Positions 34,478 through 42,600 of a DNA stretch of 46,271 nucleotides are shown piece after piece. The first letter of the stretch is position 1; each line of letters starts with the position of its first letter. The translations under genes and the position numbers were made by a program. The notes below the pieces were generated by a model. That model ran no database searches. It was not told where the DNA came from and was given only the letters and a program-made list of their open reading frames with translations. The stretch is from a virus (lineage: Duplodnaviria; Caudoviricetes): the IMG/VR virus record IMGVR_UViG_3300038673_000984, positions 1 to 46,271 of that record. One strand, given 5' to 3'.

Positions 34478-36189
34478 TATTTCGCCTCCTTCTTACCGAA
34501 CAATCCCGCGATCTTGCTCATTCCCTCTTCAACTGCTTTCTTGTCTTCCTTGCTTAACTTTGTCTTGGCTTTAACGATCACCTTGGCCCCGTCAGCTCCT
34601 TTAAACTCCATCTCACCACGCTTTTTCGGTGCCGGCTTTTTTGCTTCCGGGGTTTTCGTCTCATTTGAAACTGCTTTTGTCTCATCCTTAGCCGGTTTCG
34701 TCTCAACCTTCGCCTTTTGCGTTTCCATTTCGCTTTTTACCGTTGTTTCGATCTCCTTCAGGTCAATTTCATAAAGCTCACAAAAGGCCTGCATTGTTTC
34801 GCTGTACTCATGCCATCCATCCCATTCCGGCCAGGAAAGCAACTCGCATACAAAAGCCGGGTAATCAGCTTCCGGAAGCTTTTTAAAATGCGCTTCAACG
34901 GTATTTACCGCCTCATCAGCCTTAACATGCCGGCTATCGAGCGTTTGATCTATCCGCTTGGCCAACAAATTAATGGCGTTCGATTTGGCGCGCTTTACTA
35001 AAACCTCTGCAATAGTTTTCCAAAACGTCAAATGCAGATCGCCTTTAACCTTTTCGACAATCAAACCGATGGCCTTGCCTGATACCATCTTCCGGAGCTC
35101 TTTTTCGGATGCGTTGCTGTCTTCTTTTAGTTTTTCCGGATTGGGAAGAACGCCTATCTTCTGAAGGACTTTTTCAGCCTGGGATTCTTTGATAATTTCA
35201 TGTATCTTGCCTTTAGGATCAACAGACACCGCCGGCCGGACGTCCGCATCCTTTAAAACCTCGCGATACGTGCGCTTTTGCTTATCACCTCTGCATTGCT
35301 CATCCAGCGACACATAACCTCCGCCAACTTTCTCCCCAAAAGGAAAAGCATTCTTTGTCTCCACAACACGCAACCCCATTCCATTGGCTTTCTTTTGCTG
35401 CCGTTTAACGTATTCCTTGCGCTTGGTTTCAAAACAAACCGGATCAGTGCAGACGTCTGCACTCTTAATGTCCGGGAATAAAAGGTTTTGATTTCCGGTC
35501 CGCTTAGTACATGTTGAGCAGCTTCCCAAATCCGGACAAATCGTTGAATCTTTAGCGAAACCGGATCCCTTGAGGTTAAGCATGTAATCACGCTGGATAA
35601 GATCACACGCTGCGCGATAACTTAAATTTTTGATATCATTAGCCGCTTTCTTTTGCATTTCATCCGGGATACGTGCAATCAAAAGCGCTGTGGAAGGATT
35701 AACATCACCGGTATAAAACATCTTCCGGCATTCAGGTATTAGATCGCAAAGCTTCAGCCTGCCATAAACGTATGATTTGCTTTTTCCAACACGATCCGCG
35801 ATCTGATCGGCGCCATCGTATCCGTACTTTTTCATCAACTGCTCATATCCTTCAGCCTCTTCAAGGGGATGAACATCCGAACGCTGCATGTTTTCGATCA
35901 GCTGAACCTCAAGCATCGTTTTATCGTCCATTTCACGGATAGATGCCGGCACCTTTTCCAATCCAACAGTTACAGCTGCGCGATACCGGCGCTCACCGCA
36001 AACAATCTCAAAAAGATGACTACCATCCGGTAAAGGCCTCACCAACAACGGCTGCAAGATTCCTTTTTCACGGATGCTGTCTTCAAGCTCCTTCATTTCA
36101 GCGCTATCAAAAGCTTTCCGTGGATTTGTTTTACTCACCACGAGCATTTCAATGGCAATAAGCGCCATGTCCATTTTTTGTTCTGTCAT
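34477..36189 (-). CDS. ParB/RepB/Spo0J family protein with long C-terminal region
   Basis: NPRK, GILQPLLVR, GERRYRA, ENMQRSD, HTH, CSTC..C..C cluster. Confidence 0.9.
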   Translation of the reverse strand: MTEQKMDMALIAIEMLVVSKTNPRKAFDSAEMKELEDSIREKGILQPLLVRPLPDGSHLFEIVCGERRYRAAVTVGLEKVPASIREMDDKTMLEVQLIENMQRSDVHPLEEAEGYEQLMKKYGYDGADQIADRVGKSKSYVYGRLKLCDLIPECRKMFYTGDVNPSTALLIARIPDEMQKKAANDIKNLSYRAACDLIQRDYMLNLKGSGFAKDSTICPDLGSCSTCTKRTGNQNLLFPDIKSADVCTDPVCFETKRKEYVKRQQKKANGMGLRVVETKNAFPFGEKVGGGYVSLDEQCRGDKQKRTYREVLKDADVRPAVSVDPKGKIHEIIKESQAEKVLQKIGVLPNPEKLKEDSNASEKELRKMVSGKAIGLIVEKVKGDLHLTFWKTIAEVLVKRAKSNAINLLAKRIDQTLDSRHVKADEAVNTVEAHFKKLPEADYPAFVCELLSWPEWDGWHEYSETMQAFCELYEIDLKEIETTVKSEMETQKAKVETKPAKDETKAVSNETKTPEAKKPAPKKRGEMEFKGADGAKVIVKAKTKLSKEDKKAVEEGMSKIAGLFGKKEAK

Positions 36190-36221
36190 AATCCATCATC
36201 TTTCTTAAATTGCTGGTTTAA

Positions 36222-36872
36222 TTAAATTTCGTCTGATAACTCTTTCCAAAGGGCTTCGGCTTTTTTAACAAGTTCAGGCCTAATCATCTTTAAAACGCTC
36301 ATTTCAGCTTTAAACACATTGATCTCATTTAAGAATTTCTTTACTGCCTTAACATTGCGCTCTTCCTTTTCATCTTCCGGATTTTTTTTCAGCCGTTCTT
36401 TTAAAATGTCTTTTAATGTTTTCCGGACCTCTGCTGCCGGCATACCGCGATCGAATACCATCCGGCGCAATTCCATATAATCGCTTTTAGATACGCCCTC
36501 TTTAAACCTGGCTGACCGTAGAACGCTGATTGCGTCCAACTCCGGTACATTGGCTGCACTCTTTCCGGAAATAAACTCATCTTTAAGCAGCTGCGATTCA
36601 CACTGCTCAACGAAAGCGTATGTCTTAATCATCTTCATAGCCGCTGCGTTCTTCATTCCAGCGTCACCCGCAATATAATCATCAAAGCGGTTATATCCCC
36701 AATACAGGAAAGTTTTATCACGCCATATCGAATAAAGCGTCTGCGATAGCTTGAGCCATTGTGTTTTAAAATCCTTGGCGCCGGCTTGAACCCGCTCTCT
36801 CAGTTCCTGGCTTACTGGGTTATTCAGCTTTTTATGCTTGCTTGTGCGTTCTTCCTCATCGATAATTGACAT
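36222..36872 (-). CDS. Helical hypothetical protein
   Basis: 216 aa, AAGGAG RBS; W..L...L..IWRDK.F..WGY..F..Y motif. Confidence 0.75.
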   Translation of the reverse strand: MSIIDEEERTSKHKKLNNPVSQELRERVQAGAKDFKTQWLKLSQTLYSIWRDKTFLYWGYNRFDDYIAGDAGMKNAAAMKMIKTYAFVEQCESQLLKDEFISGKSAANVPELDAISVLRSARFKEGVSKSDYMELRRMVFDRGMPAAEVRKTLKDILKERLKKNPEDEKEERNVKAVKKFLNEINVFKAEMSVLKMIRPELVKKAEALWKELSDEI

Positions 36873-36884
36873 GACAAATCTCCT

Positions 36885-36983
36885 TTAATCGTTAAAAAAT
36901 ATTTTTGCTGATATATAAAATCCCAACATAAACGCCGCCAATAGAGCGATAACGACGGCAGTGATAATTAAAAAGAGTTTCAT
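36885..36983 (-). CDS. 32-aa membrane peptide
   Basis: GGAGG RBS, TGATG coupling, MKLFLIITAVVIALLAAFMLGF. Confidence 0.45.
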   Translation of the reverse strand: MKLFLIITAVVIALLAAFMLGFYISAKIFFND

Positions 36984-37342
36984 CACGCCTCCTGGATTGT
37001 TACTACGGTCTTATCATCCCCTTGATGAAAGCTGACGCTTAAACCCACGATCCATTTACTATCATCCCGTACGGTAAATGTGCGCTTGACTGCGTCATTA
37101 AAAAACTTTGTGCCAGCAATATAATTGTCAAAATCACGGCGGCGGGTGATCGAAAAATAGATATCGTAATGAATTTTTATCGGTTTTAAGAACATGACTC
37201 GATTTAACTTCAGCCATTGTTCATAAAAGAAATAATCGACTTTTTCTTTCTCTTCACTCCTGACTCTCCAGTGCATATTGAATAGCTTATTAAGCGAAAT
37301 TGGCAGCCACGGGACAGTGAATGTGATCGAATTAGGCTCCAT
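36983..37342 (-). CDS. RusA-like Holliday junction resolvase
   Basis: PISLN, RRRDFDN, KFFNDA and RDD acidic motifs. Confidence 0.75.
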   Translation of the reverse strand: MEPNSITFTVPWLPISLNKLFNMHWRVRSEEKEKVDYFFYEQWLKLNRVMFLKPIKIHYDIYFSITRRRDFDNYIAGTKFFNDAVKRTFTVRDDSKWIVGLSVSFHQGDDKTVVTIQEA

Positions 37343-37547
37343 ACTTCACCGACTCCCGTAAAATATTTCGACTTTTACAATTTTTATTGATGATATAGAT
37401 CAACCTAGTCTCTTTACATTTCAAGCAATAAAACATAAAACAAACATCACCCCGGGCATTCTCACTTTTTAAAATGATCACACCGTGTCGAACGTGTATA
37501 TAACGGAATTCTTTTGATACTTTGAATATCGTTTCAATTTGCGACAT
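37332..37547 (-). CDS. Small hypothetical protein
   Basis: 71 aa with CLKC; coupled to neighbours. Confidence 0.5.
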   Translation of the reverse strand: MSQIETIFKVSKEFRYIHVRHGVIILKSENARGDVCFMFYCLKCKETRLIYIINKNCKSRNILRESVKYGA

Positions 37548-38412
37548 GGCTCACTCCTGCCTCAAGAAACTTTTGGAAGATCGATCCGATAACTACCGGA
37601 TCCTTTTTAAAATTGTCATGTTCTTTCACATTACGCGCCGCAAAATACGCTTGCGAACATCGGTATAAAGAATCTAAAAACCAACCGAAATCATTCCGGA
37701 CAATCGCTCCTCGCTCAAGGTAAGATCTTGCGACATCAATGATCACTTCATCCGGAAGCGGCTCATTCAAACCGGATCGCTTATGAAACAAATTGATCAG
37801 CTCGTAAATATTGATCCCTTGGGTAAAAACTGCTTTTAAAACCTCGCGAACCTGGGGGGAAGCTGTGGAAAAGTTTCCTTCTGGATCGGTGTTATTAAAA
37901 GACTTACTATTGGTAGGTATGGTAGGTATGGTGGGTAGGTAGGAGGATTGCTTGAGCATGCCTTTTGCATTACTTGAAGCATTGCCAGAATCACCCGGGG
38001 CATTGCCTGGAGCATTGCTTGAGCATACATCTACCTTATTTTGAGATTTGCCGGAACTTTTGTCTTTTTCCCAACGTGCCCTGGCCGCCTTTTGGGCTTT
38101 ATCTTTTAAGGCGATAATATGCCCTTCATGATCCAGCCAGTCGTGTATCTCATAATCTCCATCCTCACGCCGGACTAAAAACTCCACCTTAACCATAGCA
38201 TCGATCATATCCCCGGGTTTTCCCCACCAATCAACCAGCGATTCGATCTCATGAGTAGAGTAGCCGGTAAACCTGCCGTCTTTAGCATGGTACTTACCGC
38301 AGTAGCACCACAGCTTAATCGGCAGCATTTCTGCCCCTCTCCCTAACAGTCCGACCAGTCGTTTAGTTTTTGGGTGTCCAAAGAAATCCGGATCAAGATT
38401 GATGTATAACAA
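37534..38412 (-). CDS. Phage replication initiator-like protein
   Basis: N-terminal FFGHPK..LWCY..IHDWLDH domain, low-complexity linker containing DNA repeats, GGAGG RBS. Confidence 0.7.
   Translation of the reverse strand: MLYINLDPDFFGHPKTKRLVGLLGRGAEMLPIKLWCYCGKYHAKDGRFTGYSTHEIESLVDWWGKPGDMIDAMVKVEFLVRREDGDYEIHDWLDHEGHIIALKDKAQKAARARWEKDKSSGKSQNKVDVCSSNAPGNAPGDSGNASSNAKGMLKQSSYLPTIPTIPTNSKSFNNTDPEGNFSTASPQVREVLKAVFTQGINIYELINLFHKRSGLNEPLPDEVIIDVARSYLERGAIVRNDFGWFLDSLYRCSQAYFAARNVKEHDNFKKDPVVIGSIFQKFLEAGVSHVAN
37912..38026. repeat. Putative origin iterons inside rep
   Basis: About 4 copies of (GCA)TTRCYTG(R)AGCAT and GGTAGGTAT tandem repeats. Confidence 0.6.
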
Positions 38413-38428
38413 TGGAACCTCCGTTTAT

Positions 38429-38587
38429 TTAAAAAAACATCACGTTCACATTCATCAGGCCGCTTAAAAAGTAGAAGCAAGCTTTACTCCACTGTTTAAA
38501 AATGGCGCAGATAACCGCCGCGATGAAAAATGTCGTGCTTATTACGATTGGAAATAAATACTGAAACCAGTTAGGTAGCGTGTTCAT
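38429..38587 (-). CDS. 52-aa membrane peptide (absent from ORF track)
   Basis: TAATG coupling; two hydrophobic segments. Confidence 0.5.
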   Translation of the reverse strand: MNTLPNWFQYLFPIVISTTFFIAAVICAIFKQWSKACFYFLSGLMNVNVMFF

Positions 38588-39168
38588 TATCTTTGTAAGT
38601 TCTTTACCGTTTCCGATCCCAGGATCGTAGACCGGACATCGTTAAATATATTGAGGATTTGTATCCGCTGGCCTTCCGTCAACTTGTCAGCGAAAACACC
38701 TTTTAAATCTTTTACTGCCTCAAGCTGATTGGCAGTAAATTTGTTCTGATTCTCCCAAAGCGAAAAGAAAAACTTGATAGCGCGGATATCCGGGATCGAA
38801 GTATCGTATTTACGGGCAAGGATCTTATTCCCGCAACCTGCTCCGGATTTTGGCGATCGGGATTTTGCGGCATCATTTGCAGATTTTGATACGGTTGGTA
38901 CTGTTGTTGTCTTTTTCTCGATCTTACGTCCGAAAGTCTTTTTAAACGCGGTTGTATCAGGTTTTTTTTCGGTAGGAATGACTATATTGATAGGTGTAGC
39001 AACTACGAACTTATCCTGCTTACAATCAGAACAAACGAAGCGGACCAAAATACCAACCCGAACTTCTATGCCTTCCATTTGATATATTTGATCAAGCTTC
39101 CATAAGTGCTGGTGTTCGCCGGATGCCTGGACAGGCGATGATTCTCCATTGCTTTCCGTATTAAACAT
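38587..39168 (-). CDS. Hypothetical protein
   Basis: 193 aa, GGAGG RBS, H.W...CSDC possible Zn site. Confidence 0.65.
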   Translation of the reverse strand: MFNTESNGESSPVQASGEHQHLWKLDQIYQMEGIEVRVGILVRFVCSDCKQDKFVVATPINIVIPTEKKPDTTAFKKTFGRKIEKKTTTVPTVSKSANDAAKSRSPKSGAGCGNKILARKYDTSIPDIRAIKFFFSLWENQNKFTANQLEAVKDLKGVFADKLTEGQRIQILNIFNDVRSTILGSETVKNLQR

Positions 39169-39370
39169 TATAGCCTCCGGATTTAGGCGGTTGGATGTAA
39201 TGGAGCGCGCTTCTTAACTTCCCATCCGTTAAAACAAGATCTTCCAAACAAGATCTGCTTCCGGCTTCCTTCTCTGTCTTGTGAAGCTTATTAACATCGT
39301 CAATAAGATCACGAATCCGATTAGCGATGAGACTACGACTAAGTCTCGGACTTATACCTCGTTTAACCAT
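39161..39370 (-). CDS. Hypothetical protein
   Basis: 69 aa, AAGGAG RBS. Confidence 0.6.
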   Translation of the reverse strand: MVKRGISPRLSRSLIANRIRDLIDDVNKLHKTEKEAGSRSCLEDLVLTDGKLRSALHYIQPPKSGGYNV

Positions 39371-39444
39371 ACAAACTCCTTTTTATCGACTTACTTCTTG
39401 AACTTATTGACTTTTTTCCCGACGAAGGCAAAAAAAAATAATCG

Positions 39445-39648
39445 TTATGCTAAACCCATTTCCATTGCCACTAGTTGCTGCAATAAACAATCTCCGTCAT
39501 CCGATCGCATAATACGATCTTCAAGAAACGGGAAATATGAAATAGTAAATTGATTCCCAAATTCACATCTTGTTTCGTACATAGTTTTGAATGTCCACCT
39601 ACCAAAACAATGTTTTTCGTATGTTTTAAGCATTTCTTTTATATTCAT
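39445..39648 (-). CDS. Hypothetical protein
   Basis: GAGG RBS before ATG 39648. Confidence 0.5.
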   Translation of the reverse strand: MNIKEMLKTYEKHCFGRWTFKTMYETRCEFGNQFTISYFPFLEDRIMRSDDGDCLLQQLVAMEMGLA

Positions 39649-39661
39649 AATTAAGCATCCT

Positions 39662-40069
39662 CTAATTACCTGATAAGACCAATTGCATCTGTCCGCATTC
39701 ATCAACCTCAATCGGGAACAGTTCTTCACTGGGATAGTTTTGACTATCCTTAAACTTAGCCCAGGCGCTTTTCAGCGTGTTGTACGTCTCAAGCATGTCA
39801 AACAGTTCGCCTTTAAAAGCGCCCAGGCAAGCATCTGCTTCTTGATCATTCTCCGGAATGTAATAACCAAACGGACGCTCTTTCGCAGCTCCAATTAAAA
39901 TCCCGGATCTGCGTAGTTCACGAATTACATTGTTGATCACTCTTATGTTGACACCGTGGATTTGAGCAAGGCGATCGGCTTTTACTGCGGATTTTCGACC
40001 TCTGCAAAACGATTCCAGATATTTGATAACATCGTTCTTGATTTGGTCGGAATGATGAAGTTTAATCAT
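39662..40069 (-). CDS. Winged-HTH protein
   Basis: LAQIHGVNIRVINNVIRELRRSGILIG..GYYI. Confidence 0.7.
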   Translation of the reverse strand: MIKLHHSDQIKNDVIKYLESFCRGRKSAVKADRLAQIHGVNIRVINNVIRELRRSGILIGAAKERPFGYYIPENDQEADACLGAFKGELFDMLETYNTLKSAWAKFKDSQNYPSEELFPIEVDECGQMQLVLSGN

Positions 40070-40105
40070 ATAGTTACCTGACCCATATTCACCATCTGGA
40101 GAAAA

Positions 40106-40182
40106 TGGTTGCGGGGGCCGGATTTGAACCGGCGACCCAGAGATTATGATTCTCTTGTTCTGCCTTACTGAACTACCCCGCG
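40106..40182 (-). tRNA. Phage tRNA-Met(CAT) with encoded CCA and initiator-type acceptor stem
   Basis: CGCGGGG TA GTTC..GAAC A AGAGA ATCATAA TCTCT GGGTC GCCGG TTCAAAT CCGGC CCCCGCA ACCA. Confidence 0.92.
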
Positions 40183-40331
40183 AATTTTAGTTCTTCTGTT
40201 AAGATCAAAGGTGGTACAGAACTTACTTTTCCGTCTTTGTCGGTTTTATGCAACCAGCCGCAAGTCGGACAGCGGATCTCGTCATTCTTTTGTTCTAGAT
40301 AGATATTTTCACCGCATTCGCATTTGATCAT
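40173..40331 (-). CDS. Small Zn-ribbon protein
   Basis: CECG..CPTCG; stop lies inside the tRNA 5' end. Confidence 0.5.
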   Translation of the reverse strand: MIKCECGENIYLEQKNDEIRCPTCGWLHKTDKDGKVSSVPPLILTEELKFAG

Positions 40332-40349
40332 TTGATCTGCTTTTTTAGA

Positions 40350-40479
40350 GGCCGCCGGCAAGATTGTTTCATACTTGCATGTCGCAGCATTCGTCCCACA
40401 CCATCACGCGTGGTAATCACCAGCAGCTACTCGACTTCTAAGACTGGTAGTTTCAGCGTCTTATTTCGCCACGACGGCC
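40350..40479 (-). ncRNA. tRNA-like RNA with expanded centre
   Basis: GCCGTCG/CGGCGGC acceptor-like stem, TGGCGAAATAAGACGC D-arm-like segment, GCAAG/CTTGC T-stem. Confidence 0.55.
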
Positions 40480-40486
40480 CATTAAT

Positions 40487-40714
40487 TTATTTGTAAAGCT
40501 GATCGCAAACGTCGTTACCTCTGTTCTGCATCTTGCACCAGATCTTCTTACCGTTATTCTTCATGGTGCCGTCCTTTGCAGTCTGGATCAGACCTTTACC
40601 TACAGATCCAACAGCAACAGCAGATCCGAGCATTGCAATGCAAGAACCGACAAGCGCGAAACCGGTCAGGCCGGCCAAAAGCACAGATCCTTTGATATTG
40701 AATTTACTGAACAT
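40487..40714 (-). CDS. Small hydrophobic protein
   Basis: 75 aa, GGAGGGG RBS, Gly/Ala-rich TM segment. Confidence 0.6.
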   Translation of the reverse strand: MFSKFNIKGSVLLAGLTGFALVGSCIAMLGSAVAVGSVGKGLIQTAKDGTMKNNGKKIWCKMQNRGNDVCDQLYK

Positions 40715-40771
40715 CGTTTTCCCCTCCGGTTAAAGTTGATCTATGTAAAGCCTCACGGCGTTAATTGATAC

Positions 40772-41359
40772 TTAAACCTCTTCAAGCAGCTTGAAATAAT
40801 GTTCATCACCGATCTTGACATAATTCGTGAAATCAACCTTCGGTCCCCATTCTTTACGCAAATACTGCAGAGCTGCTTGTTTATCGCGGTAAAATTCGAA
40901 ATTCTCATGATGTGAATACTTCCAGGATTTATCGGGAATAAAACTACTGACTAACTTTTTAAGGCGGGTATAGACTGTTTTTTCGTAGGCGTTAAGATCT
41001 TTTTCTTTAGCTTTTGTATACTGCTTAGATCTTGTCCGGTAAGCTGATGAAATTCGCTTCATCGCTTTTAACATTGTTTCGCCAGGTTTCATTGCTTTGT
41101 AATAGGTGTTAAGCTTCGGCGCCCATCCTTCCGGATCTCCGGCCGACTCTCCGTATAAAATATTGGTTACCTCTTCAACTTCGGCGGGCTGGACAATTTG
41201 CGCGTGGGCTTCGATCACATTAATAAACGCGATCAGTAAAAATATCGCGATCAATCCAAGGAACAATTGCTGATAAGATACGATCACAGCCCGGTGAAAA
41301 CTTGCATCGATCCATCTACCGCGGCGCGCGTCATTAATGAACAGATGATTAACTTTCAT
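40772..41359 (-). CDS. SleB-like (Hydrolase_2) cell wall hydrolase with TM/signal anchor
   Basis: NILYGESAG catalytic-Glu motif; C-terminal KIGDEHYF; LFLGLIAIFLLIAFINVIEAHA. Confidence 0.55.
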   Translation of the reverse strand: MKVNHLFINDARRGRWIDASFHRAVIVSYQQLFLGLIAIFLLIAFINVIEAHAQIVQPAEVEEVTNILYGESAGDPEGWAPKLNTYYKAMKPGETMLKAMKRISSAYRTRSKQYTKAKEKDLNAYEKTVYTRLKKLVSSFIPDKSWKYSHHENFEFYRDKQAALQYLRKEWGPKVDFTNYVKIGDEHYFKLLEEV

Positions 41360-41362
41360 TGC

Positions 41363-41572
41363 TTATCTCCTTTTAAAGTCTGATTGATTGGCTGTCTTTG
41401 CCATTGTTTCCAAAACATTCTTAGGATCGAACATCGGATGACCGTTCGGGGTTGATTTATAAACTCTCAATCCAAAAGACCTCATCCGGTTCCAGTTCTT
41501 ATATGTCCAGCTAGGACTTTTCTTGATCATCGTCGCTAATTCGCTTAGTCCGATCAGTTGAGTTGATACCAT
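41363..41572 (-). CDS. Excisionase-like HTH protein
   Basis: IGLSELATMIKKSPSWTYK..PMFD. Confidence 0.6.
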   Translation of the reverse strand: MVSTQLIGLSELATMIKKSPSWTYKNWNRMRSFGLRVYKSTPNGHPMFDPKNVLETMAKTANQSDFKRR

Positions 41573-41982
41573 TACTTTTCCTGCCCTTCCGGAGTAGGCT
41601 TTTGATTTAATTCTTTGATAAGCCGCTTGATACCCTCTTCCTTATGTATTGCTTTTTGCCGAAATACTGAAAGCTTGATCAAAGCATCTGTGCGAGACTT
41701 ATCATCCTTCAGGTCCATTACTTCCTGAGCATGTAACCTCTGCAAAGCAGCGTGCGCGTGCTTTAATGCCTCCGCATAATCTTTGATGCTATTTGAATGA
41801 ATGTCGCTTAATAAATGACGGGTAACATCCGACCGTAGTCTGTCGTTCTCGTGATCCAGGCGTTCATTTGTATGCATAAACTCAATAACCGAATCCAAAT
41901 CCTTAACAACGTTACTCAGGAAACAAGCTATCTCCATTAATTCCTCTTCGACAACTGCCTTATCGCTCATTTGGAATGGCAT
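41572..41982 (-). CDS. Helical hypothetical protein
   Basis: 136 aa, GAGG RBS. Confidence 0.65.
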   Translation of the reverse strand: MPFQMSDKAVVEEELMEIACFLSNVVKDLDSVIEFMHTNERLDHENDRLRSDVTRHLLSDIHSNSIKDYAEALKHAHAALQRLHAQEVMDLKDDKSRTDALIKLSVFRQKAIHKEEGIKRLIKELNQKPTPEGQEK

Positions 41983-42004
41983 AAATACCTCGTATTTGTT
42001 TTTG

Positions 42005-42180
42005 TTAAAAAGCTGTCTCTCCAGCTGTCACGCCCTGAACGGTATTGCGTTTGACGTTACGCTATTAGCCCGCCGCCCTCGTCTCGCGCCATTCTCCGGC
42101 CTCTGTCGCGCGTTCCTGCGTTATGCTGTCCGTATTGGCTTACGAACTCGACTCCCGATAAGTCGGCAAACCCGGAGGAA
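42005..42180 (-). ncRNA. Candidate structured early leader RNA
   Basis: GC-rich non-coding island with AT-rich flanks, ending GTGACA-GCTG-GAGAGA-CAGC-TTTTT. Confidence 0.4.
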
Positions 42181-42278
42181 AAATTTTTTTATATGCATGT
42201 GCACAATTTGTCATATTTGTGTTACTTTTGATCATGGGTGATGTCTATTTTTTGACAATTTTGTTGTAAATTGTCATA

Positions 42279-42476
42279 TTAGTTGCTAGGATTACGCTGT
42301 GAATTTATGAGATCGAGGATCTCTTTTTTAGGAAACCGGATCATCCCTGTGCCAAGTTTGCAATACGGTATCTGATTATTTTTAACCTTCCGGTAAATGG
42401 TTCGTAAATTTACTCGGAATATATCAGCCACCTCTTGCGGCGTAAGCATCTCGGGTAATGTTTCAGTCATTTGCAT
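42279..42476 (-). CDS. HTH_17 (excisionase/Cro-like) DNA-binding protein
   Basis: MLTPQEVADIFRVNLRTIYR..IP..KLG..IRF; divergent from CI; AGGAGG RBS. Confidence 0.85.
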   Translation of the reverse strand: MQMTETLPEMLTPQEVADIFRVNLRTIYRKVKNNQIPYCKLGTGMIRFPKKEILDLINSQRNPSN

Positions 42477-42501
42477 TGCTGATCACCTCCTAAGTAATCT
42501 T

Positions 42502-42519
42502 TTAAGCATTTATGCTTAA
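42502..42519. promoter_or_regulatory. Palindromic operator TTAAGCAT-TT-ATGCTTAA
   Basis: Perfect 8-bp inverted repeat; further half-sites at 42537-42544 and 42573-42579. Confidence 0.65.
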
Positions 42520-42560
42520 TTGGTGTTCAAAAAAAATTAAGCATTGTCAACGCATGACAA

Positions 42561-42589
42561 AATATACCAAATATGCTTATTTTTGTCAA
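42561..42589 (-). promoter_or_regulatory. Early lytic sigma70 promoter
   Basis: TTGACA-17-TATATT on the minus strand with an operator half-site in the spacer. Confidence 0.75.
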
Positions 42590-42600
42590 TTATTTTTTTT

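Noticed and set aside
40106-40182. tRNA-Met as a second attachment site
   Set aside because: Embedded in the early operon, no duplicate fragment or adjacent integrase
41996-42241. 81-aa plus-strand ORF
   Set aside because: Opposes the early operon, no RBS or motif; better explained as non-coding leader
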